From IMG/VR virus record IMGVR_UViG_3300043103_000105, positions 1 through 32,382 of that record: 32,382 nt of DNA. One strand, 5' to 3'. Below are positions 1 to 7,278 of this stretch, one piece after another (positions within the stretch are counted from its first letter, which is position 1; each line of letters opens with the position of its first letter). Source of the stretch: a virus (lineage: Duplodnaviria > Caudoviricetes). The position numbers and the translations under genes were made by a program. The notes beneath the pieces were generated by a model that searched no databases, had not been told where the DNA came from, and saw only the letters and a program-made list of their open reading frames with translations.

Positions 1-278
1 GGTGGGTGGCAGTACACATGACCATGGGCACACTGTGGGTGGAGGTGTACGACCACAACGACAACCCGATCCACATCTACAAGGAAGACTGGCCCGAGGC
101 GCCAAAGCGCAAGTTCAAGGTGCGTGCGTCGTACAGTGCCATGTGTGAGGCAGAGATCGAGGCCAACAGCCTAGACGAGGCCTACGAGATTGCAAAGGGA
201 CTGGACGGATCATCATTCGACACACACTGCGACCCTGATGACTGGCACATTGAAGACGTATGGGAGACAGAGCGATGA
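1..278 (+). CDS. Hypothetical early protein (probably 5'-truncated by window edge)
   Basis: Frame is open to the window edge. The stop overlaps the next ATG (ATGA at 275-278). Confidence 0.6.
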   Translation, partial: WVAVHMTMGTLWVEVYDHNDNPIHIYKEDWPEAPKRKFKVRASYSAMCEAEIEANSLDEAYEIAKGLDGSSFDTHCDPDDWHIEDVWETER

Positions 279-508
279 AGTACACAATCAGGCACGGCAG
301 TATTGCCGCAGTTCAATACGTGACCATGCCCAATGGTGATGTGTGGGACATTACAGATTCACAGGAGGACCCCGACAAATGGAAACTGCCACTGGCAGTG
401 CAGGCCGCAGTCAATCGTCAGTTTGGTATTATCTTTGCCCTTCCCTACGAAAGACGGCAGGGTTTCATCGACAATTCAGTACCCTTTGAGGTGGAGGTAA
501 CACAATGA
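275..508 (+). CDS. Hypothetical protein (MKYTIRHG...)
   Basis: ATGA overlaps at both ends; start moved to ATG 275. Confidence 0.65.
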   Translation: MKYTIRHGSIAAVQYVTMPNGDVWDITDSQEDPDKWKLPLAVQAAVNRQFGIIFALPYERRQGFIDNSVPFEVEVTQ

Positions 509-666
509 ACACAACAGTTTTGAAACATATACGTTCACTTTTTGTGCACGAAATGGTACCTATGAGTACAGCGCGCCATAATATGCGCCAGTGGGTCCGG
601 TCAGTGCGCAGACTGGGTGACAAGCATTTATTGGCGGTCAAGGTGGCCAAAAAGGAGAAAGCATGA
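505..666 (+). CDS. Hypothetical 53-aa protein (MNTTVLKHIR...RQWVRSVRRLGDKHLL...), not in ORF track
   Basis: GGAGG Shine-Dalgarno (SD) upstream. ATGA overlaps at both ends fill the gap exactly. Confidence 0.7.
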   Translation: MNTTVLKHIRSLFVHEMVPMSTARHNMRQWVRSVRRLGDKHLLAVKVAKKEKA

Positions 667-881
667 GATCATTAGAAGACTACAACATCCGCGACGTGGC
701 CGAGTACCTGAGAGACTGGGGCTACGTGGTGACAGCGCCTGCCGACGCAGGTGAAGGCCTGTGGGTCAGCCAAGAGCAGTTGGCAGACATCGAGCGCCTG
801 TTAATCTGTGGCCAAAAAGAATCGGCTCAGAATGAACTGTTCGACCTATTCGGGAAAACCCTTAACCGGAGCGTGGCATGA
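663..881 (+). CDS. Hypothetical protein
   Basis: AAGGAG SD and ATGA coupling. Confidence 0.7.
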   Translation: MRSLEDYNIRDVAEYLRDWGYVVTAPADAGEGLWVSQEQLADIERLLICGQKESAQNELFDLFGKTLNRSVA

Positions 882-1096
882 TGAAACCGCCCACACGGTT
901 CACCCTAGAGGATCAGATCATGGAGTGTTGGGGCGTGGTGGACGACCTAGACATGGTGTACAGCACCGAGGCCCTGTACGAGGACCAAGACCGCATGATG
1001 AACGTCCTGCTAGGCATGCAGGAATTGTACAAAATCCGTTTTCAGCGTTTGTTTAACACATTTGAGCACCTAGTGCGTGAAGGGACTATCACATGA
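878..1096 (+). CDS. Hypothetical phage protein (RFTLEDQIMECW...)
   Basis: GGAG SD and ATGA coupling at both ends. Confidence 0.7.
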   Translation: MMKPPTRFTLEDQIMECWGVVDDLDMVYSTEALYEDQDRMMNVLLGMQELYKIRFQRLFNTFEHLVREGTIT

Positions 1097-1248
1097 TCAA
1101 CATACACGTCGCGTATAACGCCACAGCAGAGCGTTGGGAGGTTTGGGCAGGGTCAGGTCGCACCTACGTCGGAAAATCGCGCCTAGAGGCCATAGAGGCC
1201 TTTACGGCACGTTTGCCACCCGACACGCCGGTCAGGGTGGTGTACTGA
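1093..1248 (+). CDS. Hypothetical 51-aa protein (MINIHVAYNATAERWEVW...), not in ORF track
   Basis: ATGA overlap at the start, TGATG overlap at the end. Confidence 0.6.
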   Translation: MINIHVAYNATAERWEVWAGSGRTYVGKSRLEAIEAFTARLPPDTPVRVVY

Positions 1249-1346
1249 TGGTATACGCGGGCCTACTCGGTGTACTGGCATTGTGGGCGGCTAAACAGGG
1301 CCGTTGGGCCATCGTTTTGTTGGCCGTCATATGCTACTTTGATTAA
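1248..1346 (+). CDS. Hydrophobic 32-aa membrane peptide (MVYAGLLGVLALW...)
   Basis: TGATG coupling; last gene before the non-coding region. Confidence 0.5.
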   Translation: MVYAGLLGVLALWAAKQGRWAIVLLAVICYFD

Positions 1347-1398
1347 ATTTTAAGCAACGCGTAAGATTCGTGTAAGTTTCAGACGCGTCAACAAAAAT

Positions 1399-1416
1399 TG
1401 AGTACCTTAGTACTCA
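1399..1416. repeat. Palindrome TGAGTAC-ctta-GTACTCA
   Basis: 7-bp perfect arms with a 4-nt spacer, next to the large inverted repeat. Confidence 0.8.
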
Positions 1417-1418
1417 TG

Positions 1419-1535
<117 letters not shown>

Positions 1536-1552
1536 AACTAAACTAAAGTATT

Positions 1553-1566
1553 CACTTTTAAAAGTG
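1553..1566. repeat. 14-bp perfect palindrome CACTTTTAAAAGTG
   Basis: Read directly from the sequence. Confidence 0.8.
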
Positions 1567-1581
1567 TTGCTTTTTCACCAC

Positions 1582-1590
1582 TGTGGATAA
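1582..1590 (-). promoter_or_regulatory. Consensus DnaA box (TTATCCACA)
   Basis: TGTGGATAA on the + strand, a 9/9 match, in the largest non-coding region. Confidence 0.55.
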
Positions 1591-1595
1591 CTTTT

Positions 1596-1796
1596 ATGGC
1601 ACGACAAGACATTAAAAAGACTGGTTGGCCGGAGGGCCTACTGCAGGATGACGATGGAAGACTGAGCCGGTGGTTTGCAAGCAGGCCCGACGCGAGGTAT
1701 GTACTCAAGAAACAATTGGAGAAAGAACGCGATGAAAAAATGGCACGACCTAGACAGGGCGATCATGGGCACAGTACTGACCTACCAAAACGGTGA
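1596..1796 (+). CDS. Hypothetical protein (GWPEGLLQDDDGRLSRWFASRPDAR)
   Basis: First ORF after the non-coding region; its 3' end overlaps the next gene. Confidence 0.6.
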   Translation: MARQDIKKTGWPEGLLQDDDGRLSRWFASRPDARYVLKKQLEKERDEKMARPRQGDHGHSTDLPKR

Positions 1797-1962
1797 GCGC
1801 ATACCCGTATACGTGTACAGTGGCGCGGAGATAGTGGCCATATACATGGAGCGGGACGGCATGACGCAGGACGAGGCAATTGAGTTTATTGACTATAACG
1901 TCGAAAGCGCGTATATTGGCAAGGACACACCCCTACTACTTTGGCCCGCGGAGGACCTATGA
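1732..1962 (+). CDS. Conserved phage hypothetical protein (DGMTQDEAIEFIDYNVESAYIGKDTP)
   Basis: Recognisable small phage family motif; ATG at 1732; ATGA coupling downstream. Confidence 0.75.
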   Translation: MKKWHDLDRAIMGTVLTYQNGERIPVYVYSGAEIVAIYMERDGMTQDEAIEFIDYNVESAYIGKDTPLLLWPAEDL

Positions 1963-2222
1963 ACCAAGAAGACGAAGAATTTAACAGGATCGAGCGCGAA
2001 TCCAAACAGCGCATGGAGGCGGTGTACCAAGAGGTCCAAAAGCGCAACAAGGCCATGGAGCGCGAGAACGAGTGGGTGGTGCGATTTTATGAGGCGTACC
2101 ATAACGCAATGGTGTACGGCACAGGGTTTATCAAACTGTCGATCGAGCCCCCAAAGGGGTTGGTTGTCTCGGTGGTACACCCTGACGATTACCACTACAT
2201 CAAACAGGAGAAGAACACATGA
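1959..2222 (+). CDS. Hypothetical protein (MNQEDEEFNRIERE...)
   Basis: GGAGG SD and ATGA coupling. Confidence 0.7.
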   Translation: MNQEDEEFNRIERESKQRMEAVYQEVQKRNKAMERENEWVVRFYEAYHNAMVYGTGFIKLSIEPPKGLVVSVVHPDDYHYIKQEKNT

Positions 2223-2440
2223 AGGTAAAAGACCTAATTGCCGTACTGCAAACGTACGACCCTGACCTGATTGTGATCAAGTCAGGGTACGAGGGTGGCG
2301 TGGATGAGATCACGCAACACAGCGAAGAGACAATCGCGCTAAATGTCAACGGTGAGTGGTATTACGGCCCGCACGAGGTGGTGAGCGAAGACGACGCGTT
2401 CAATGGGTACGAGCGCATGCAAGCAGTTTATCTGCGATAA
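2219..2440 (+). CDS. Hypothetical protein (MKVKDLIAVLQTYDPD...GYEGG)
   Basis: AGGAG SD and ATGA coupling. Confidence 0.75.
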   Translation: MKVKDLIAVLQTYDPDLIVIKSGYEGGVDEITQHSEETIALNVNGEWYYGPHEVVSEDDAFNGYERMQAVYLR

Positions 2441-2448
2441 GGAACAAC

Positions 2449-2703
2449 ATGCAACTGTCCACTACAAACAAGTACGAGCTTGTACTGCATGACGTACCGA
2501 TGTGTGCAGTCTGCAATAAACCAGTCGAGCGTGTCGAGTCCATGTACGACATTGCCTACGGAGCAAAACGTTTTCGAGTCTACTGCCACGGCGATATGGA
2601 AGAGGCAATGCTTGACGATGTAACAATCGAAGACTGCACCAGTGTGCAGTTTGGTGAGGCATTCATTGACAAACTACCACAACCACAACTGGAGCGCACA
2701 TGA
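2449..2703 (+). CDS. Hypothetical protein with CxxC...CH, possible zinc-binding
   Basis: AAGGA SD before ATG 2449; CAVC and YCHG motifs. Confidence 0.65.
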   Translation: MQLSTTNKYELVLHDVPMCAVCNKPVERVESMYDIAYGAKRFRVYCHGDMEEAMLDDVTIEDCTSVQFGEAFIDKLPQPQLERT

Positions 2704-2873
2704 AACTATACGACGTACCAAGACACAGCACAGTCATTTTGGAAGACGGCGAAGAGATTTACTTCTACCGAGTTGACGGCATGTATTCATACTGCAAAGA
2801 CAAAGAAGGTGACGTGGTGCACTTACCCGCGTGGACCGAGGTGACAGTGAAGGAGAAACAAGATGCAACCTGA
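2700..2873 (+). CDS. Hypothetical 57-aa protein (MKLYDVPRHS...VDGMYSYC...), not in ORF track
   Basis: GGAG SD; ATGA overlap; fills the gap to the next gene. Confidence 0.75.
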   Translation: MKLYDVPRHSTVILEDGEEIYFYRVDGMYSYCKDKEGDVVHLPAWTEVTVKEKQDAT

Positions 2874-3090
2874 AACATTTATGATTTGGAGTTTTGTGGG
2901 GTTTATTGCCTGCGCGGCAGTGATCGCGGGGTTGATTGACATATACGAGCACTGGAACAAGTGCAGACACGATTGGACCAAGTGGTCAACACCCGAGAAG
3001 CCGGAGACAAACTACTACGCGCCAAGTTACGGCCAACAAACAAAGTGCTGTAAAAAATGTAACCAATTTGAAATAAGGCAGATCAAATGA
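2863..3090 (+). CDS. Membrane-anchored small protein with CxH...CxxC zinc-ribbon-like tail
   Basis: AAGGAG SD; N-terminal hydrophobic helix; CRHDW...CKKC. Confidence 0.7.
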   Translation: MQPETFMIWSFVGFIACAAVIAGLIDIYEHWNKCRHDWTKWSTPEKPETNYYAPSYGQQTKCCKKCNQFEIRQIK

Positions 3091-3482
3091 CCAAAGACGA
3101 AGCGTTGAAACTGACAGAGATACTAAACCACGCGATATGGGACAGCGTGCAGGTTGTCATACAGCCGGAACCGCAACAGCCTAAGTGCAACCCCCACCCC
3201 AAGGCACCACACGGGCTTGTGAGGGGCGCAAGCTACAGTGCCGCGCGCTACGTGTGCGAGTGCGAAATGTGGGACCCCTACGAGGCCGGCAGGGAGGCAG
3301 GCGTGCAGGCCATGTTGGACTACGACATGCCCACACCCGAGCCTGTGCCGTACACACCACTCTCAACCAGTGAGATTGTCGAATGTGCTGTGAAGGTGTG
3401 GAGGTTTGATGCCAACGACGTGAGTGCGAACACAATCAAATTTGCGCGTGATATTGAGCGCTTAACCTTGGAACGACAATGA
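3087..3482 (+). CDS. Mosaic hypothetical protein (MTKDEALKL...CNPHPKAPHG...YVCEC)
   Basis: ATGA coupling at both ends. Confidence 0.7.
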   Translation: MTKDEALKLTEILNHAIWDSVQVVIQPEPQQPKCNPHPKAPHGLVRGASYSAARYVCECEMWDPYEAGREAGVQAMLDYDMPTPEPVPYTPLSTSEIVECAVKVWRFDANDVSANTIKFARDIERLTLERQ

Positions 3483-4003
3483 GACGCCAACTACTGACAG
3501 CCGAACAAGAGATTGAACTACACCACCGGATTGTGCAGGGTGACGAGGAGGCCCACGAGGCCTTGGTGGAGGCCAACATGGGACTGGTGGTGTACATTGT
3601 GCAGAAGTTGCCGCAGTGGGACATGGCGGGCAACATGACAAGGGACGACCTACTGCAAGAAGGTTACATGGCCCTGATGAAGGCGGCGCACAGGTGGAAG
3701 CCGCAGGGAAGGTTTGCAAGCTACGCGCGCACACTGATCAAGAGCCAAGTGCTCAGAGCCATTGAGAACAAGGGCCTGATGATCCACGTGCCCGTGGCGG
3801 TGCAGGAGGACCTGCGCAAGATCAAGCGGGTGGAGACGGAGTTGGCCCAAGTGTTGGGCAGGGACCCGACCACCAAAGAGGTGGCCAAGATCACAGGCCT
3901 GACAGAAAGCAGGGTCCGTGATAGACTGGTGGTGAGCCAGAGACAACCGGTCTCATTGGACGCGTTCAAGAAGGACCAAGTAACGGAAGAAGAATATGAT
4001 TGA
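3479..4003 (+). CDS. Sigma-70 family sigma factor with regions 1.2, 2 and 3 only (no region 4)
   Basis: LLTAEQEIEL (1.2); LVEANMGLVV, DLLQEGYMALMKAA and GRFASYA (region 2); IHVPV and LGRDPTTKEVA (region 3); ends just after PVSLD (3.2 linker). Confidence 0.9.
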   Translation: MRRQLLTAEQEIELHHRIVQGDEEAHEALVEANMGLVVYIVQKLPQWDMAGNMTRDDLLQEGYMALMKAAHRWKPQGRFASYARTLIKSQVLRAIENKGLMIHVPVAVQEDLRKIKRVETELAQVLGRDPTTKEVAKITGLTESRVRDRLVVSQRQPVSLDAFKKDQVTEEEYD

Positions 4004-4271
4004 CAGAATGATTAACTTGGTGGAAGCCTACAAGCGGTCGTACGAACTGGAGCGGGCACGTGCCGACCGGTTAGTGGACGACGCCATGTTGGGCCGGTAC
4101 CTGAGGCCCCTGTTCACCCGAGAGGGCGAGACGTGGACCATCAACACGGCCCTACAAGGCCCCTCGTTAGATGAAGCCATTTGGAACCCCGACGCGTATG
4201 ATCAACTAGACAGCCTAGCGGCCAAGATGGAATACAGATTTGAAGGAGACGACAGTGTTGAGACCAGTTAA
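3996..4271 (+). CDS. Hypothetical protein
   Basis: 8-nt overlap with the sigma gene; no region-4 HTH resemblance. Confidence 0.65.
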   Translation: MIDRMINLVEAYKRSYELERARADRLVDDAMLGRYLRPLFTREGETWTINTALQGPSLDEAIWNPDAYDQLDSLAAKMEYRFEGDDSVETS

Positions 4272-4590
4272 AACCCTGATCCTGATTGGGTGCGCCTCGT
4301 TTGAAGTGAGTGCTTACTCACAACAGTTAACGATCGAGACCATGCGCGAGGCCCTGCGTGACACCTACACCCCGCAGGCGGTGCACGCCACTGGGTACAT
4401 CATGGGCGCGTACGACGCCATGACGGGCATCGTGCACTGCCCCACAGGCGCGCAACCAACGAGCGGCACGCTACTCAAGTGGACCCGCGAGGCGCTAGAG
4501 CGCTACAAGGGCCCCGACAAGGGCGCGGACCACCTACTGGCGTCGGTGTTCGCGCAACGCGCGCCATGCGGTCGCAAGGGGCTGACATGA
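4255..4590 (+). CDS. Secreted Rap1a (Tai4-type) immunity-like protein
   Basis: AAGGAG SD 6 nt before GTG 4255; signal-peptide-like N-terminus; GYIMGAYDA...HCP...ADHLL...F...PC pattern. Confidence 0.6.
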   Translation: MLRPVKTLILIGCASFEVSAYSQQLTIETMREALRDTYTPQAVHATGYIMGAYDAMTGIVHCPTGAQPTSGTLLKWTREALERYKGPDKGADHLLASVFAQRAPCGRKGLT

Positions 4591-4871
4591 ACAGAGAGGA
4601 CATCGTTCGCATGGCACGAGAGGCTGACCTTGTTACATGGGGTTTTGAATCCTTGGAGTGGGAGCCAGTTGCAAACATGGAAGCCATTGAACGCTTTGCC
4701 GCCCTTGTCGCTTCTGCGGCTGTGCGTGAGACATCTGCCGAATACCGATTGGGGTGGAATGACGGACAGATTGCCGAGCGTGAGGACATCATCAAACTGG
4801 CCGACGACCTATATTATTGGGACGACTCAGATGAGTTGATCAAAGCCATCCGAGCAAGGGGACAAGCATGA
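4587..4871 (+). CDS. Hypothetical protein (MNREDIVRMAREA...IRARGQA family)
   Basis: ATGA coupling; similar start and end to 5303-5530. Confidence 0.75.
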   Translation: MNREDIVRMAREADLVTWGFESLEWEPVANMEAIERFAALVASAAVRETSAEYRLGWNDGQIAEREDIIKLADDLYYWDDSDELIKAIRARGQA

Positions 4872-5062
4872 GCGAAGACACAAACGTACCTTTAAATTTC
4901 CTAAGCCCCAAAGGAACAGGAACACTAATTTATTCAAAACGCACATGGGTTGGTCTGACGGATGAGGACAAATCGTTATTTAGTTCGTGGCTTGACCATA
5001 AAACAGATGCTGAAGTTTTTACAGCCATTGAAGCCAAACTCAAGGAGAAGAACTATGGCTAA
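4868..5062 (+). CDS. Hypothetical protein (WVGLTDED...AIEAKLKEKN family)
   Basis: ATGA coupling; common small phage protein motif. Confidence 0.7.
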   Translation: MSEDTNVPLNFLSPKGTGTLIYSKRTWVGLTDEDKSLFSSWLDHKTDAEVFTAIEAKLKEKNYG

Positions 5063-5306
5063 AGGAACAATCAGGGACGTGTGGGCAACAAACCAACGCA
5101 GACTGGCACGCAAGCGTGAGCGTGAACGCGAGTACGCAAAGGCCAACAGGGAGAAGCTGAACGCGTACAGGCGTGCTAGGAAGGCACGAAGCCAACCGGT
5201 GGTCAAGCCGGAGCCCGAGGGGCCCAAGGTCAGGAGCGCCTACCACGCAGACTGGAAGGGCACCACGTACCAGTGCCCCGAGTTGTCATACAGGGGGTTG
5301 GCATGA
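5055..5306 (+). CDS. Arg-rich basic protein, possibly nucleic-acid binding
   Basis: AAGGAG SD before ATG 5055; RRLARKRERER...YRRARKAR. Confidence 0.65.
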   Translation: MAKGTIRDVWATNQRRLARKREREREYAKANREKLNAYRRARKARSQPVVKPEPEGPKVRSAYHADWKGTTYQCPELSYRGLA

Positions 5307-5530
5307 CACAAGATGAAATCATTGAGATGGCTAAACAATTTTGCCCATACCAATCTGAAGAATTGCGTGGTGCATATTACGATGGTTTTATGAAAGCATC
5401 CAAGCTAGTAGCACAGCATGAGCGTGAGCGCATCTTTGGTGAACTTATCAAAATGCACGAAATAGCATCGAGCCGACATAACTACTATTTAAACGCTGTT
5501 TTGACCATCCGAGCAAGGGGGTTGGCATGA
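5292..5530 (+). repeat. 15-bp exact direct repeats AGGGGGTTGGCATGA at 5292-5306 and 5516-5530, flanking one gene
   Basis: Read directly; each copy includes the SD-like purine run and the ATGA start/stop joint. Confidence 0.85.
5303..5530 (+). CDS. Hypothetical protein (MTQDEIIEMAKQ...IRARGLA)
   Basis: ATGA coupling at both ends. Confidence 0.7.
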   Translation: MTQDEIIEMAKQFCPYQSEELRGAYYDGFMKASKLVAQHERERIFGELIKMHEIASSRHNYYLNAVLTIRARGLA

Positions 5531-5754
5531 AACGTGCTAGAATGTTAGAATTGGCCGAGCAGGCGGGTTTTGTCATGTGGTCCAAGGACAGCGACTGGAA
5601 GCCGGAAGGCGCCACAATTGATTGGTCCTGTGACTACGACAAAGAGTTGAGGAAATTCACTAAACTGGTGGAGGCAGAGTATGAGTGGTTGGCTAATCGC
5701 CCTGACAGGGCTAATCTATGCGGGTGTTGCTGTAGAGCAGGGGCTAAAAGGTAA
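5527..5754 (+). CDS. Hypothetical protein (ELAEQAGFVMW...IDWSCDYDKEL)
   Basis: ATGA coupling; the tail overlaps the next small gene by 74 nt. Confidence 0.7.
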   Translation: MKRARMLELAEQAGFVMWSKDSDWKPEGATIDWSCDYDKELRKFTKLVEAEYEWLANRPDRANLCGCCCRAGAKR

Positions 5755-5824
5755 CATGCCTATGTGTTTAACGTACCTTGGCTACGCGTTTGCAAACGTC
5801 GGCCTGTACAAACTAGCGAGTTGA
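5681..5824 (+). CDS. 47-aa two-helix membrane protein (MSGWLIALTGLIYAGVAVEQ...YLGYAFANVGLY), not in ORF track
   Basis: GGAGG SD 6 nt upstream; two hydrophobic segments; stop 2 nt before the next ATG. Confidence 0.75.
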   Translation: MSGWLIALTGLIYAGVAVEQGLKGNMPMCLTYLGYAFANVGLYKLAS

Positions 5825-5826
5825 AT

Positions 5827-6018
5827 ATGATCTCAGAAGTTGACTTGAAAGACTTTGACTACATCAACGTAGAGCACGTGAAAGAGAACGACGACGGGTC
5901 CTGTGACTGCAACATTAAAATGGGACCACTGGCAACAAGGTACCTGCTGAATTTTGCTTTTATTGGCGTGCTCAAAGGCGCGATCGCTGAAGGCAAAATG
6001 TACACACCGAAGGACTAA
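5827..6018 (+). CDS. Hypothetical protein (MISEVDLKDF...ENDDGS)
   Basis: Start moved to ATG 5827, directly after the 5681-5824 gene. Confidence 0.65.
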   Translation: MISEVDLKDFDYINVEHVKENDDGSCDCNIKMGPLATRYLLNFAFIGVLKGAIAEGKMYTPKD

Positions 6019-6021
6019 GAC

Positions 6022-6357
6022 ATGACAGACAACGAGCGCGAAGTATACGAGGCCAACCTAAAACGGTTGCCACCCGAGCAGGCGGCCCAGTGGACCGAGG
6101 AAGTGAGGGAGGCGTGGCTACGTGTGCGCCGCGCCCGTAAGGTGTGGAAGGCGACGCGAACGCCGGCCACGCGCTGTCTAGGGTCTGTCAAGGAGGACGG
6201 GCGCCTGACGCCGCTGTTCATACCAAACACCGAGTACATTCGCCTTGAAGAGGCGTGGATCGACTACGCGCAAAACTACCAACCCAAATACATATTCGAA
6301 GAGCGTGCACGTGCAGGCATCGACGAGGATGACTCATACGACTGGAAAAAAGCATGA
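6022..6357 (+). CDS. Hypothetical protein
   Basis: AAGGA SD; ATGA coupling downstream. Confidence 0.7.
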   Translation: MTDNEREVYEANLKRLPPEQAAQWTEEVREAWLRVRRARKVWKATRTPATRCLGSVKEDGRLTPLFIPNTEYIRLEEAWIDYAQNYQPKYIFEERARAGIDEDDSYDWKKA

Positions 6358-6560
6358 AGGCTACACTTGAGTTCGAGTACCCCGAGGACGAGGACAAGTT
6401 GCGGTACGCCATACACGGGCAGACGGCCATCATGGCCCTGTTGCAGATTGAAGCGCAGTTACGTCAACACTTCAAATACGAGATGCCAATGGAAGACGTG
6501 TTCAACAACGTTAGCGAGATAGTCAACGAGACGCTAACCCTTTGTGGGGAAAACCAATGA
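6354..6560 (+). CDS. Conserved phage hypothetical protein (MKATLEFEYPED)
   Basis: ATGA coupling; familiar small phage family start. Confidence 0.75.
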   Translation: MKATLEFEYPEDEDKLRYAIHGQTAIMALLQIEAQLRQHFKYEMPMEDVFNNVSEIVNETLTLCGENQ

Positions 6561-6913
6561 AGAAAATCATTTACGCAATTTACTTGTTTGGTGCAATACT
6601 GGCGTCGGTGACCGCTTATTTTTTGGACCCAATCACGGCACTGGCCATCGTGCTAGTCATGCCCATGGTGGTTATTACCATACTGGAGATGCAAGGCATC
6701 GTGCAGTTCGGGTTTCACCCGATGGAAGAAGACAACAGCGCTATCAGCAAGGCCACGCGCGAAGACATGACGGCGATAGAGGCCGCAGAGAAGTTCGGGC
6801 AGGTGATCGTCAACGAAATGGACGAGCAAATTAAAGAGGCAGAGTTGCAGTTAATGGAAATGAAACAGGCGCGCGAGATTGCGTCAGACCACATTCGCGG
6901 GGTGAAGAAATGA
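6557..6913 (+). CDS. Membrane protein with two N-terminal TM helices and a coiled-coil tail
   Basis: ATG 6557 in an ATGA overlap; hydrophobic N-terminal half. Confidence 0.7.
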   Translation: MKKIIYAIYLFGAILASVTAYFLDPITALAIVLVMPMVVITILEMQGIVQFGFHPMEEDNSAISKATREDMTAIEAAEKFGQVIVNEMDEQIKEAELQLMEMKQAREIASDHIRGVKK

Positions 6914-7278
6914 GAGTACGCGTTCACATACAATACAAAAACAACCCGCTCAATCAGGTTGTGCTATCCTATTCCTCTTTACGAGAAGCGGCGCGTGTGC
7001 TAGACTGCGACCGAAAGCACTTGGCCCTGATGGTCAAGGGCGAAAGAAAACAAACACAATCACCACTTGGAAACATCATAAAGGTAGAGGCACATGAACA
7101 AGCCCACAGTACTAGAAGTTCAGTTCGAGAATATCCCGATCAGCCTGAAGAAAATCTCCCGTTGGGTTTTGTGGCGGCTAGTCGAGGTTGGGGAAGGGTC
7201 GAACAAGCGGTGGTCAAAGTTACCACTGCAATCAAATGGGTCGTCGGCAAGTTCCACAAACCCAACAACATGGTGTGA
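6910..7278 (+). CDS. NUMOD1-like HTH DNA-binding protein
   Basis: YSSLREAARVLDCDRKHL...KGERKQ matches the NUMOD1 pattern; 3' half overlaps the primase gene. Confidence 0.55.
   Translation: MRVRVHIQYKNNPLNQVVLSYSSLREAARVLDCDRKHLALMVKGERKQTQSPLGNIIKVEAHEQAHSTRSSVREYPDQPEENLPLGFVAASRGWGRVEQAVVKVTTAIKWVVGKFHKPNNMV

Noticed and set aside
3996-4271. Frameshifted sigma region 4 continuing the sigma gene
   Set aside because: The downstream ORF has no region-4 HTH pattern and no slippery site is evident.
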